Source: a virus
Taxonomy: Duplodnaviria > Caudoviricetes
Virus record (IMG/VR): IMGVR_UViG_3300048854_000023
Location: 1 to 46,976 of that record
DNA: 46,976 bases
Reading direction: 5' to 3' (one strand)
The notes beneath the pieces are model-generated. The model did no database searches. It was not told the DNA's origin and saw nothing but the letters and a program-made list of their open reading frames with translations. Each line of letters opens with the position of its first letter. Position 1 is the stretch's first letter. A program made the translations under genes and the position numbers. Shown here in pieces: positions 9,755 through 17,807 of the stretch.

Positions 9755-10360
9755 TTACCCCTGAGCAGGCGCAAGCCAACGCGCGAGGCTGTCAGCGGTT
9801 CCATTCCATTTGTTGCCGTCAACCGGCCTGGAAATCCCCGGCACGGTTTCACTGTCTGTCCATTGCCAGAGTGACCAATTCGGCCAAACCTGAGTAGGCC
9901 AACGCGGACCGGAATTGTTGTATTGTGCGATCCATAGCGACGTTTTCGCTAATAGAGGATCGCTTGCATTCCCGAGTTGTTCTTTGATCAGATTGCCGGA
10001 ATAGACCGTTATCTGAAGATCGGGCCGCGCATCCCAAATTGCTTGCACGGCATCGCGCAAATCCGAGACAGGAATTTTCGGGTCTTCGTAATCGAGAATG
10101 ACGCGCTCGCCTTTGGCGGCATCGATAGTCTTCAAGTAGAACGCGACCTGAGCCGCCATGTCGCCAGGGCGCATGAAATGATAGGTCGCGATGAGCAAGC
10201 CGGCGCGGTACGCTGCGGCGAGCCTGGGGCGCCTGTCAGGGTCCGCGTACCCCGCGCCTTCCGTTGCCTTGTGGATTACGCCCAAGACACCAGCGGCCTT
10301 GACTGCGGCCCAATCCGGGTCAGGGTTGTGATGGGATAGATCGATGACAGGGGAAGCCAT
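9755..10360 (-). CDS. Endolysin, glycoside hydrolase family 25 (muramidase)
   Basis: IDLSHHN, HKATEG, YHF, LDYE, LWIAQY, WQWT and VDGN GH25 motifs. Confidence 0.93.
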   Translation of the reverse strand: MASPVIDLSHHNPDPDWAAVKAAGVLGVIHKATEGAGYADPDRRPRLAAAYRAGLLIATYHFMRPGDMAAQVAFYLKTIDAAKGERVILDYEDPKIPVSDLRDAVQAIWDARPDLQITVYSGNLIKEQLGNASDPLLAKTSLWIAQYNNSGPRWPTQVWPNWSLWQWTDSETVPGISRPVDGNKWNGTADSLARWLAPAQG

Positions 10361-10387
10361 GGGGCGCGTTCCTAGTGGCGTTTCGAT

Positions 10388-10416
10388 CTTGTACGCCAGC
10401 CCGAGCCCGAACGCAA
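10388..10416 (-). promoter_or_regulatory. sigma70-like promoter for the lysis/structural operon
   Basis: TTGCGT-N17-TACAAG upstream of the endolysin. Confidence 0.45.
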
Positions 10417-10450
10417 GAAAGGCCGGCTAGGTTTGCCCCCTGCCGGCCTT
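10417..10450 (-). terminator. Rho-independent terminator
   Basis: AGGCCGGC...GCCGGCCT stem followed by TTCTT. Confidence 0.7.
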
Positions 10451-10451
10451 C

Positions 10452-10515
10452 CTGTTCGTTGGGCGCTCCGGTCCGACCACGCTTTCGCGCCGGGCTCCTT
10501 TACCTCCCCTTCGAA
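10452..10515 (-). ncRNA. Candidate structured 3'-UTR RNA motif, copy 1
   Basis: Shares TTCG..GGTAAAGGA..ACCsGAGCGCC..ACGAAyAG with 26811-26892; contains a CGC-GAAA-GCG tetraloop hairpin. Confidence 0.45.
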
Positions 10516-11112
10516 TTACTTCACGCGTTCGATGTACGCGCCCTTGACCTTGCCGCCGTTGCCGTCGTCGGCTTCGCCGGGAACAATCGCGAACTTGCGT
10601 TCGAACGAGTACGTCTTGCGCATGATATCCTTGCCGTTGCGATCCTTGCCGGGCTTTTCGCCGGAAACGGTCGCATAGTCGCGCGATGCCTGGGAAACGG
10701 TCGAAGAAAGCGACTTCGCCGGATTGGGCATTGCTTCCGTTGCCGGAACGAAAATCTTCGACGTGATCGCCTTGCCGTCCGGTCCAGTCGTCGGCGCCGG
10801 GAAATCAGCAAACGGATACTTGTGCTTGCGTCCGCCACCACGCGACGACTTTTCCAGGGCCGGCGACGTAATGAAAGTGAACGTCGGCGTTGCCGCCGCT
10901 GCGGCCTTCGCGTCGGCGGCATCCTGCTTTGCAAGGCCGGCGACACTAGCGCGGGTTGCGAATTCCTTCGGATTGGCCGGATTGGCCGCGCCGGAATTCT
11001 GTTCAGCATCGCCGGAAGCGACAAGCGACTTCGCGTCAGCGATTGTTGCATAAGTGTAGCCGAGCGGGGAGCGAGTTGCGGCGACAAGGGCCGCGAGTGC
11101 GAGTTTCGCCAT
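10516..11112 (-). CDS. Conserved-type phage hypothetical protein (basic, possibly nucleic-acid binding)
   Basis: ATG at 11112 with AAGGA RBS and its own promoter; 198 aa with a KYPFADF motif. Confidence 0.7.
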   Translation of the reverse strand: MAKLALAALVAATRSPLGYTYATIADAKSLVASGDAEQNSGAANPANPKEFATRASVAGLAKQDAADAKAAAAATPTFTFITSPALEKSSRGGGRKHKYPFADFPAPTTGPDGKAITSKIFVPATEAMPNPAKSLSSTVSQASRDYATVSGEKPGKDRNGKDIMRKTYSFERKFAIVPGEADDGNGGKVKGAYIERVK

Positions 11113-11170
11113 GCTAGAAAGTTCCTTCAGTTGTTGAGTTGACCTAATGAGCGGGGAGCCCATAAATCGA

Positions 11171-11198
11171 AACCTAGCGAATTCGCGGAAACTGTCAA
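11171..11198 (-). promoter_or_regulatory. sigma70-like promoter
   Basis: TTGACA-N16-TAGGTT (GCTAGGTT, alphaproteobacterial-type -10); the -35 overlaps the upstream TGA. Confidence 0.6.
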
Positions 11199-11533
11199 CT
11201 GCCTTTTTTCGGTTGACCGATAAAACTCCGCTTATTCGTTTCATCATGGATAATTTCGGCTTGCTGAGCCGCCGCCGCGTCAACCGCCGCTTTGAAATCA
11301 GCATCATTTTGTCGAGCGATCTTGCCCACACTATCGGCGATCTCAGAAAGCGACACGACGATTGTTCCAACCAAAACGCCAACAGCTTGAATTGTGTTGA
11401 CTATATCGACTTGATCCGCGTCATTCGGCTTCAGCGCTTGAAGCATCCTATATGCTACGTCTGAAAGATGACGCACGGCTTCATTGATATGATCAATGCG
11501 CGCGTCTAGCGGGTCAATCTTTTCATCGGTCAT
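11195..11533 (-). CDS. Hypothetical protein
   Basis: ORF track; TGATG overlap with the upstream gene. Confidence 0.7.
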   Translation of the reverse strand: MTDEKIDPLDARIDHINEAVRHLSDVAYRMLQALKPNDADQVDIVNTIQAVGVLVGTIVVSLSEIADSVGKIARQNDADFKAAVDAAAAQQAEIIHDETNKRSFIGQPKKGS

Positions 11534-11835
11534 CAGTCGCCATCCCTTGAAATCATCTGAGCAGCGCGGAAAAGCAAACCGACTGCCGTTTCATTATCAG
11601 GCACGGCTTGCAAATAAGCCATGCGCGCAATCCCGCGCGTTTCGGTTGGAATTCGATAAGAGACCACTAGCGCATCGCATTTCATGCCGCCGTCAATTCG
11701 GCGAAGCATATCAACCAAACAATCGCGAGGCGTCCAAATTGTCGCCGTATTTTCCGCCGCCTTTATGGAACGAAGTTCGGAAAAGGATTTCGGATAATTC
11801 GTGAAATCGTCGGGATATTCAGGAACATCAGGCAT
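11533..11835 (-). CDS. Hypothetical protein
   Basis: Start re-assigned to ATG 11835 (MPDVPEYPDDF), overlapping the end of the upstream gene. Confidence 0.6.
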   Translation of the reverse strand: MPDVPEYPDDFTNYPKSFSELRSIKAAENTATIWTPRDCLVDMLRRIDGGMKCDALVVSYRIPTETRGIARMAYLQAVPDNETAVGLLFRAAQMISRDGD

Positions 11836-12145
11836 CGGATGGCCTATATTTGAGAGGACTATTAGCTTCCTTTTCCAGAAGCTTTTTGCGGTGTTCGAAT
11901 TGCCGGCCCGCGTCTTTGACGAGCGTTGAGAACAATTCAACGACCTGCTCAGTCGTATTGCTCGAATGCATTACGTAGGCAATCGCCGCAATCTGGCTTC
12001 CAATCCAGGCCGCGTATTCCTGCGGGCTGAGTTTCGTCGTCATGATGTTGAGATTTTCAATCATCCCATTGACTAGATACGGCGCCGGATTGAATTCCAG
12101 CACAATTCGCTGTTGATTGTCGGGCTTAATAGGGCGCATCGTCAA
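11828..12145 (-). CDS. Hypothetical protein
   Basis: GAGG RBS; tightly packed in the operon. Confidence 0.65.
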   Translation of the reverse strand: MTMRPIKPDNQQRIVLEFNPAPYLVNGMIENLNIMTTKLSPQEYAAWIGSQIAAIAYVMHSSNTTEQVVELFSTLVKDAGRQFEHRKKLLEKEANSPLKYRPSDA

Positions 12146-12662
12146 TCCTCACTGTTGAGCCGAGATATCCGGCAATGCAATTAGCGGCTTCAATCCAGCC
12201 CCTGCAAACGGAAACTGCATATCCTTGCTCAGTCAACGCCCCGAGCCATTGCGTTTGATCGTCGCTGACAACGCCTTTCTTGGGTTTCTTCAACTCAACG
12301 AACAAGCCATGATATGTTTCGGTGCAATGGCTGTACGGAGCCGGCAGGGGATGCGTCCGCGAGACGGGGAGCAAGGTATCAGGCACGCCGGCCTTGACGC
12401 CTTCCGCCTTAGCCTGGGCGCCGCGTATGCGGTCCCCATGCCCTTGATTGTGGATCGCGAATAGCAAATGCAATTCGGGAACCGGCATCGGCGCCGGCCC
12501 TAATCCTGTCCCTAGTTTGAAATGGCGCTCGCGCGCTTCAAGCTTATAACAGTCGCCGTATGAGGCGGCGTAAAAGCCGAATTCAGCCGCGCAATTCGCC
12601 CAAGCAAATAACGCCCGTTGCTGGCTATGTTCGGAAGTCGCGGCAAGCTTCCAAGGCGTCAT
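12126..12662 (-). CDS. VRR-NUC domain endonuclease (Holliday-junction resolvase-like)
   Basis: SEHSQQ, KAEGVKAGVPD, LFVELK and Q..WL..L..QGY motifs. Confidence 0.85.
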   Translation of the reverse strand: MTPWKLAATSEHSQQRALFAWANCAAEFGFYAASYGDCYKLEARERHFKLGTGLGPAPMPVPELHLLFAIHNQGHGDRIRGAQAKAEGVKAGVPDTLLPVSRTHPLPAPYSHCTETYHGLFVELKKPKKGVVSDDQTQWLGALTEQGYAVSVCRGWIEAANCIAGYLGSTVRIDDAPY

Positions 12663-12883
12663 CCGAACATATCCGACATAGCCGCGTTAACTGCGGCTGA
12701 CACATTTGCATACGGCATTCCAGAAGCGAGCATACACGCGATAGCGCCGGCAACGACGCCAAGTAATTCCGTTGTCATTTGCTCGTTTGAAATACCGCGT
12801 TTGCTATTATATTTCTTGTCGGCTTCAACAAGAAACGCTTCAGCCTCGCGTTGTATAATCACGGCGCGCTCTTCGTTAGTCAT
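12659..12883 (-). CDS. Hypothetical protein
   Basis: ORF track; ATGA overlaps on both sides. Confidence 0.65.
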   Translation of the reverse strand: MTNEERAVIIQREAEAFLVEADKKYNSKRGISNEQMTTELLGVVAGAIACMLASGMPYANVSAAVNAAMSDMFG

Positions 12884-13017
12884 TTCTTTCCATCCTTGGG
12901 ATTACCGACAGGCTGAACGCCGCGCTCTTTATCGGCTTCGTACTGTTCAACTGTCCGCGTTGGTGGCGACGGGATCGACTTATCGTCCATTGACGGCGTT
13001 GGGGCTTTGTCGGTCAT
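12880..13017 (-). CDS. Small hypothetical protein (45 aa)
   Basis: Not in the ORF track. MTDKAPTPS...KDGKK fills the gap with ATGA overlaps at both ends. Confidence 0.6.
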   Translation of the reverse strand: MTDKAPTPSMDDKSIPSPPTRTVEQYEADKERGVQPVGNPKDGKK

Positions 13018-13259
13018 TCGCCGTAACTCACTGAAGTTTGCCGCCATGTCTCGAAATTGATCTTCGCCGGATCAAATGAGCGCTCAGCTTCGCAATCATA
13101 ACAGAACATGCGCAAGAGCAAGCGTGGCGTTGGATAATACGGCTCAACAACGCCCCATTCCGCGTCAACGAATAGACACGTACGCCTTTCGACCTTGCCG
13201 GCGTGATTTTCGTATTCGAATTGATAATCAGCGCCAGGGAAGAGACGGAGCGGCGTCAC
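13014..13259 (-). CDS. Stand-alone WYL-domain-like protein
   Basis: F.Y.NH.G..E.R...(LLL)...C......RSF...I pattern of WYL domains. Confidence 0.6.
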   Translation of the reverse strand: MTPLRLFPGADYQFEYENHAGKVERRTCLFVDAEWGVVEPYYPTPRLLLRMFCYDCEAERSFDPAKINFETWRQTSVSYGE

Positions 13260-13651
13260 GCTTGGATATCCGCGATAACCGGTTCCGCCTTCGGTCTATC
13301 CGTTTGGATATCCGTATGAACGGCGGCGGGAACTTCGGGCTTGTCGGGAGCCTGGGCGACGGGTTTCAGAAAGGCAACCAAGCTCTTCAGCTTGGTCGTG
13401 CCGGCAACTAAGAGCGCTTCCGTTCCGGCAAGTTCGGTTGAGAGACGGGCAATCTCCGCCTTGATCTCGGCTTGACGGCTCGCAATAAGTTCGAGCCCTT
13501 TCTTTTCAATGTCGTGCATCGCCTGGACTGAGATACCGACAAGCGGCAACTCCCCGGCGAATTCCTCGACCTTGGAAATACCTTCCTCGACCTTTGCAAT
13601 GATTTCGTCGTCTACTGTCTTGAGCGACAGTTTTCCGCCTTGACCGAACAT
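13256..13651 (-). CDS. Hypothetical coiled-coil protein
   Basis: ATG at 13651 with AAGGA RBS downstream of a promoter. Confidence 0.65.
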   Translation of the reverse strand: MFGQGGKLSLKTVDDEIIAKVEEGISKVEEFAGELPLVGISVQAMHDIEKKGLELIASRQAEIKAEIARLSTELAGTEALLVAGTTKLKSLVAFLKPVAQAPDKPEVPAAVHTDIQTDRPKAEPVIADIQA

Positions 13652-13683
13652 GGAGATAGCTTCCTTTTGGTTGACCTGAAGGA

Positions 13684-13712
13684 AGCTAATCACATTGCCC
13701 ACAATCAGGCAA
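13684..13712 (-). promoter_or_regulatory. sigma70-like promoter
   Basis: TTGCCT-N17-TTAGCT, with a TTAACC half-site just upstream. Confidence 0.4.
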
Positions 13713-13725
13713 GCGCGAAAAAAGG

Positions 13726-13839
13726 TTAATGCTTGAAACCTTCGGCGATCTTTTCCAAGACCCAAGTGCCGACGCCGATAAATACGGCAAGAACGATAAG
13801 GACAGCCAAAACAACAAGGACAGTGCCGCCGATACTCAT
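13726..13839 (-). CDS. Small single-pass membrane protein (37 aa)
   Basis: Not in the ORF track. MSIGGTVLVVLAVLIVLAVFIGVGTWVLEKIAEGFKH; ATGA overlap with the upstream gene. Confidence 0.6.
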   Translation of the reverse strand: MSIGGTVLVVLAVLIVLAVFIGVGTWVLEKIAEGFKH

Positions 13840-14507
13840 GCGAAAGCCTCAACCTTTGAAAGCGCCCATTGATGGTTGTTGCCGAACGCGGTGCGAACGT
13901 CCGTCAATCCTGCCGGCGCGAGATCGTCAACGGAGCCGCCCGCCGTGTTCAAATAAAGATGCCATGTCGTTGGCGGTTCAACGCCGGTATTCTCGGAAGT
14001 GCCGGTATCTCCCGATGCGTACAGCATGGAAACAACAACGTCTTTCGTGCCGTCAACTGTCAGCGTGATTTCATCCGAAACTTGTTGATTGACCGGATCG
14101 CCGGCATCCGAAAACGTGAGATCAACCGGAGCCGCGAAACAATCGGCGGGAGCGATGGCGTAATCCCAAGCGTTGCCGCCCGCCGCCGCAAGCCCAACCG
14201 CCGCCGTAAAATCAACGCCGCTATCGTCACTGACGCTGACAGGTCCGTCAAACGTCAGGCGAAGCTTTGTCGTCGTCGCCGGAAACAGCGACTTGTCAAG
14301 AACGATACGAGCGTTGAACGTTGGGAAGGTTGCCGCCGATGTAAGACCGGGATCATAAGCGGCCCATTCCGCGACAGTCTGCCAACTGCCGGCGCTTGGA
14401 TCAACGGCGGGCGGGCGTTTGCCCAACTGCAAATAGGTGACGTAATCGCGGCGATCAACTTGACTTGATTTGAGCTTGCGCCCGAGCCGATAGCCTGAAA
14501 CGTTCAT
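13836..14507 (-). CDS. Hypothetical beta-rich protein resembling virion/adhesion proteins
   Basis: ATG at 14507 with AGGTGG RBS; basic N-terminus and an acidic T/S/G/A-rich body. Confidence 0.6.
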   Translation of the reverse strand: MNVSGYRLGRKLKSSQVDRRDYVTYLQLGKRPPAVDPSAGSWQTVAEWAAYDPGLTSAATFPTFNARIVLDKSLFPATTTKLRLTFDGPVSVSDDSGVDFTAAVGLAAAGGNAWDYAIAPADCFAAPVDLTFSDAGDPVNQQVSDEITLTVDGTKDVVVSMLYASGDTGTSENTGVEPPTTWHLYLNTAGGSVDDLAPAGLTDVRTAFGNNHQWALSKVEAFA

Positions 14508-14520
14508 ATCGCGCCACCTA

Positions 14521-14551
14521 AAAGAAAAGCCGAACCGTTTCCGGCCCGGCT
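14521..14551 (-). terminator. Rho-independent terminator
   Basis: AGCCGGGCCG-GAAA-CGGTTCGGCT followed by TTTCTTT. Confidence 0.8.
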
Positions 14552-14598
14552 GAGTTGTGGGAACACACTCGCGAATGAGTGATGACGCGGAGCATACA

Positions 14599-14889
14599 CT
14601 ATCGCGGGTAGTTGGCAAGCATTCTGTCTGTGATCCCAAGGGCGATCTGGTTTACCGCATCAACGCCATCCCGAGCGGCCCAGGCTTGAGCTTCAGCTTC
14701 GCACCGCGAAGCATCGCCCGTATGTTCGTAGCACGCCCAAAACGCGGCCTTGAGATCGACAGGCGCGGCGCCCTGCATATAGGCGCGAACATCGAAAGCC
14801 GTCTTAACGACGGTATCGAGATTGTAACCGACAAAAGCGGCTGACACGGCAAGAGCGGCAGTAAGGGCGAAGGTCTTAAACATTGTCAT
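14599..14889 (-). CDS. Secreted or membrane-anchored hypothetical protein
   Basis: N-terminal signal-like hydrophobic helix; AAGGA RBS. Confidence 0.65.
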   Translation of the reverse strand: MTMFKTFALTAALAVSAAFVGYNLDTVVKTAFDVRAYMQGAAPVDLKAAFWACYEHTGDASRCEAEAQAWAARDGVDAVNQIALGITDRMLANYPR

Positions 14890-15007
14890 ATTCCTTTTCG
14901 TTGAGTTTTCCCGCTAGCGCCGCCTGAGCGGCTTCCTTAGCTGCTTTGCGTGCGATCTCCCGAACTACTTCGGCGATCCGGTTTGACATTTCGTGATCCG
15001 TTTTCAT
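14876..15007 (-). CDS. Small hypothetical protein (43 aa), possibly leaderless
   Basis: Not in the ORF track. MKTDHEMSNRIAEVVREIARK...; ATG 6 nt after the -10-like hexamer. Confidence 0.5.
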   Translation of the reverse strand: MKTDHEMSNRIAEVVREIARKAAKEAAQAALAGKLNEKEYDNV

Positions 15008-15013
15008 ACGGAC

Positions 15014-15045
15014 AATGTAACCGACAACTCTTAAGAAAAGGTTAA
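15014..15045 (-). promoter_or_regulatory. CtrA-type box with -10 element
   Basis: TTAACCTTTTCTTAA (TTAA-N7-TTAA), 11 nt, then TACATT. Confidence 0.65.
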
Positions 15046-15305
15046 AGCAACTTTAGATAGCCGCCGTATTGTTTGCGGCCTGAGCCCTGTTGCGGCGGAA
15101 CTTCGACAAGAGCTTTCACGGCGCGTTTACGTGGCGTGGGTTTAGTGTTCCCGCGAAATTTCGGGCTAACAGGTATCGGGAGCTTAATGCGATTATTGAT
15201 GCCGCGAAGCGTATTAACGTCGCAACCAATTGCCGCCGCTAATTCTTTATATCCCCATGTCGGATTTTTCTTATGCGCGACACGGAAGGCACTCGTTACG
15301 CTCAT
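15042..15305 (-). CDS. Small HTH-like DNA-binding protein
   Basis: NPTWGYKELAAAIGCDVNTLR helix-turn-helix-like segment; basic. Confidence 0.6.
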   Translation of the reverse strand: MSVTSAFRVAHKKNPTWGYKELAAAIGCDVNTLRGINNRIKLPIPVSPKFRGNTKPTPRKRAVKALVEVPPQQGSGRKQYGGYLKLL

Positions 15306-15415
15306 TTCACGTTCCGATTAATCCACTTGATTTGATCCGGGGCGAAGTCGCCGGGGCGATGATCAGCGCAACCCGCTAGTGAGAATGCCAGTAGACAAAG
15401 GAATATTCTCGTCAT
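15302..15415 (-). CDS. Small lipoprotein (37 aa)
   Basis: Not in the ORF track. MTRIFLCLLAFSLAGCADHRPGDFAPDQIKWINRNVK has an LAGC lipobox; its stop overlaps the next ATG. Confidence 0.6.
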   Translation of the reverse strand: MTRIFLCLLAFSLAGCADHRPGDFAPDQIKWINRNVK

Positions 15416-15602
15416 TATTCTTCGCCTTGCTTGGGTAGAATGTGCGGAAACAGCCGCAACAAATACGCGCGGCTCGATAGTTTAATTGATAGCAGGCAAC
15501 GCAAACTTTAACTGGCGCTTCGCCTCGCCGTTTACGCGGAGTAATTTCGCCGCCAATTAAGCGCGCATGTTCGGCTTTGTCTTCCTCGTTCATTTTATCC
15601 AT
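15363..15602 (-). CDS. Small zinc-ribbon protein
   Basis: CxxC-x9-CxxC (CVAC...CCGC). Confidence 0.55.
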   Translation of the reverse strand: MDKMNEEDKAEHARLIGGEITPRKRRGEAPVKVCVACYQLNYRAARICCGCFRTFYPSKAKNNDENIPLSTGILTSGLR

Positions 15603-15781
15603 GCCCTTACAACATATCCGGCCTGAAATCTCGATAGCACTAATCGAGCATGTCGCCGACGCAAAGCTTTCTCTTCACGGAAATCGCGCTCGGCTTCGTA
15701 CTCGTCATCTGTCATAGCCTCAAGCCATTCGACACTTAAGCCAAGTGACTTGTTTAGAGCTATGCGTTCTTCGCGGGTCAT
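15590..15781 (-). CDS. Hypothetical protein
   Basis: ORF track; TAATG coupling with the upstream gene. Confidence 0.6.
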   Translation of the reverse strand: MTREERIALNKSLGLSVEWLEAMTDDEYEAERDFREEKALRRRHARLVLSRFQAGYVVRAWIK

Positions 15782-15933
15782 TAGCCGGCGAAAAGTTCTT
15801 TAAGAGCTTCAACAAACTTTCCGGTTTCGATTTCGAGCGACGAACGAAGGACCGTAAAATTTGCATCGGCATTCTTTTCGCCCTTGCGGACGCCGGCCTT
15901 GAATGCCTCTTTCTCATCGCGTGAAAAGTACAT
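15781..15933 (-). CDS. Small hypothetical protein (50 aa)
   Basis: Not in the ORF track. MYFSRDEKEAFKAGVRKG... has an AAGGA RBS and TAATG coupling to the next gene. Confidence 0.55.
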   Translation of the reverse strand: MYFSRDEKEAFKAGVRKGEKNADANFTVLRSSLEIETGKFVEALKELFAG

Positions 15934-16927
15934 TATTCGGTTTCCTTATCTCTTCAGCCATTTGAAGCAAGTCGTCAGCGCTATAAGTGCCGTCTTCGCT
16001 GAGCCCGTCAATCTGTTCGTCGCGGTATTTCAGATAGCGGTTAACGCCGGGAACATTATCCGATATCTTTTGAAGCAATTCTTTGTTATCGGCTTCCTGG
16101 GCAAGTTTGGCGTCAAAGTCGTTTTGATCAACGACGCTTTCAATCGCCGTGCGAATGAGCCCGTCAATTACCGATGGCGTTAGCGCGTCAAGCTCCCAAC
16201 TTTCGTCAGTGTTATATTCTTCGGAATACGCCTGGAAACGGCTATCGGTTTGTTTCGCCGGATCGGGGACAAGGTTGTATTCCTCGACTTGATCCATGTT
16301 CAAACCGATGCGCTCAACCTCAATGCCAATTGAGCGGGCGAACGTTTGCAATAGCTCTTCGTTGGATCGCGTCATATCGATCCCGCTTGGATCGTGATCG
16401 CCCAGGTAAAAGACCTTGACGAGTTTGCCGGCGTCCAACTGACGCCGTAAACGTTTCGCGGCAACGTACAATTCCGACGACGACGGATATCCGCGACAAG
16501 CGAAGTGAGGAACGCGGTATTCGTTGCAAGGCCGCTCAACTACGCCAATCAAAGCGTCCTTTTCAATCCATACCTCGCAATAATGTTCTTGATCGCGCCA
16601 AACGTCTTCAGCGTAATAGCTCATCATCCTGGACAGGAAGTGCGACGGACCACGGTAATTGGCAATGCGACGAAGAAAGCGCGTCCGATCCTCGATTGCA
16701 TCCCAATCGATTAAGCCGCATTTGCGCGCCTCATCAACGATGTATCCGAGCCGGTCATAATTCGTTTGCTTGTTTTCCAGCAACTTGCTTTCGACCATGC
16801 GGTAATAAAGCTGGCGAAGCGTGAGCGTATAACCCTGAGCCTTCATGTCGGCGATGATCGCGTTAGCATGATTGATCATGCGTAGCGTCTTGGCGTGAAA
16901 ATTGATTTCCTTGAATTGTTCTTTCAC
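15914..16927 (-). CDS. TOPRIM-domain protein related to Topo VI subunit A / Wadjet JetD
   Basis: TLRQLYY winged-helix motif, EVWIEKDAL, RGYPS, YLGDHDPSG and WELDAL. Confidence 0.8.
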   Translation of the reverse strand: MKEQFKEINFHAKTLRMINHANAIIADMKAQGYTLTLRQLYYRMVESKLLENKQTNYDRLGYIVDEARKCGLIDWDAIEDRTRFLRRIANYRGPSHFLSRMMSYYAEDVWRDQEHYCEVWIEKDALIGVVERPCNEYRVPHFACRGYPSSSELYVAAKRLRRQLDAGKLVKVFYLGDHDPSGIDMTRSNEELLQTFARSIGIEVERIGLNMDQVEEYNLVPDPAKQTDSRFQAYSEEYNTDESWELDALTPSVIDGLIRTAIESVVDQNDFDAKLAQEADNKELLQKISDNVPGVNRYLKYRDEQIDGLSEDGTYSADDLLQMAEEIRKPNNVLFTR

Positions 16928-17259
16928 GACTTGACCGCCTTCATAATATCTTGACCGATCTTAGCGAAACTCGGCTCGGGAAAGCGTAATCGGACCTGAG
17001 TAATAAAATCCAATAGCGCGGTATCGTCGCCGTCGAAATGGTCGATATAATCGCCGCGCTTAACTACCGCCTCTTTACTCCAATGATCCGGGTTATTGAT
17101 AAACTCGATAGCGCCTTGCGAAGCGTCTTCGAATATTCGATGGGGGACAACCGCAAGCGACAAATGCCCGCAAGATTGCTGACTGATGATAATAGCCCAA
17201 CCATTATCAAACGTCATTCCGCAAGCGAATTCACCAAGCGCGTTAACTGAAATTCTCAT
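16924..17259 (-). CDS. Hypothetical protein
   Basis: ORF track; overlapping stop/start codons. Confidence 0.65.
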   Translation of the reverse strand: MRISVNALGEFACGMTFDNGWAIIISQQSCGHLSLAVVPHRIFEDASQGAIEFINNPDHWSKEAVVKRGDYIDHFDGDDTALLDFITQVRLRFPEPSFAKIGQDIMKAVKS

Positions 17260-17459
17260 TTGTCATACCCCATATAGCGCCACCAATTGGCGAAATCGTC
17301 GGCATTGACCTTATTGCCGCCGTGAATGTCGAATGTGCGAAGTAAAGCACCATCCGGCCTATAAATAAATAACTTACGCTCAGGTTCGAACCGATCCCTC
17401 ACCACAAGGTTAATTTTCCGGCAAGCCGCGATGACTTTATCCAAAGGGCTAAGCGTCAT
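17256..17459 (-). CDS. Hypothetical protein
   Basis: Start re-assigned to ATG 17459 (AGGA RBS). Confidence 0.55.
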   Translation of the reverse strand: MTLSPLDKVIAACRKINLVVRDRFEPERKLFIYRPDGALLRTFDIHGGNKVNADDFANWWRYMGYDK

Positions 17460-17703
17460 ATTCCTGAAACTCCGGGTTGACCCATAGCGCCACGTTGCAG
17501 CGCCCGGCAAGCGCCCTGGGGAAGGCAAGCCATGCTACGGCGAAGGTATCGCCGTCCGCAAGAGCGAAATGCACCCTGGCGTGAGCCTGGGCGCCCGGCT
17601 GAAGAGCTTCGGCACGCTCCCGAGACTGGACAGGCCCGGCGATCAGCGCAAGCGTGTCTCCGCCTCGCTCGCCGACGACATACCATCCGGCGTAAAGCTT
17701 CAT
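17449..17703 (-). CDS. Hypothetical protein
   Basis: ORF track; ATGA overlap. Confidence 0.55.
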   Translation of the reverse strand: MKLYAGWYVVGERGGDTLALIAGPVQSRERAEALQPGAQAHARVHFALADGDTFAVAWLAFPRALAGRCNVALWVNPEFQEYDA

Positions 17704-17807
17704 TCAACCATCCCCCATAGCATCATCGCCAAGCCGGCGAAAAACAAAAATGGGTTATTCGAATAAGCGCCGGCAAGCAACAACTGTAATCCGATAATAG
17801 CTTTCAT
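17700..17807 (-). CDS. Small hydrophobic membrane protein (35 aa)
   Basis: Not in the ORF track. MKAIIGLQLLLAGAYSNNPFLFFAGLAMMLWGMVE; ATGA overlaps at both ends. Confidence 0.55.
   Translation of the reverse strand: MKAIIGLQLLLAGAYSNNPFLFFAGLAMMLWGMVE

Noticed and set aside
15720-15917. 65-aa basic ORF from the ORF track
   Set aside because: An alternative-frame 50-aa ORF (15781-15933) has a better RBS and couples to the next gene without a long overlap
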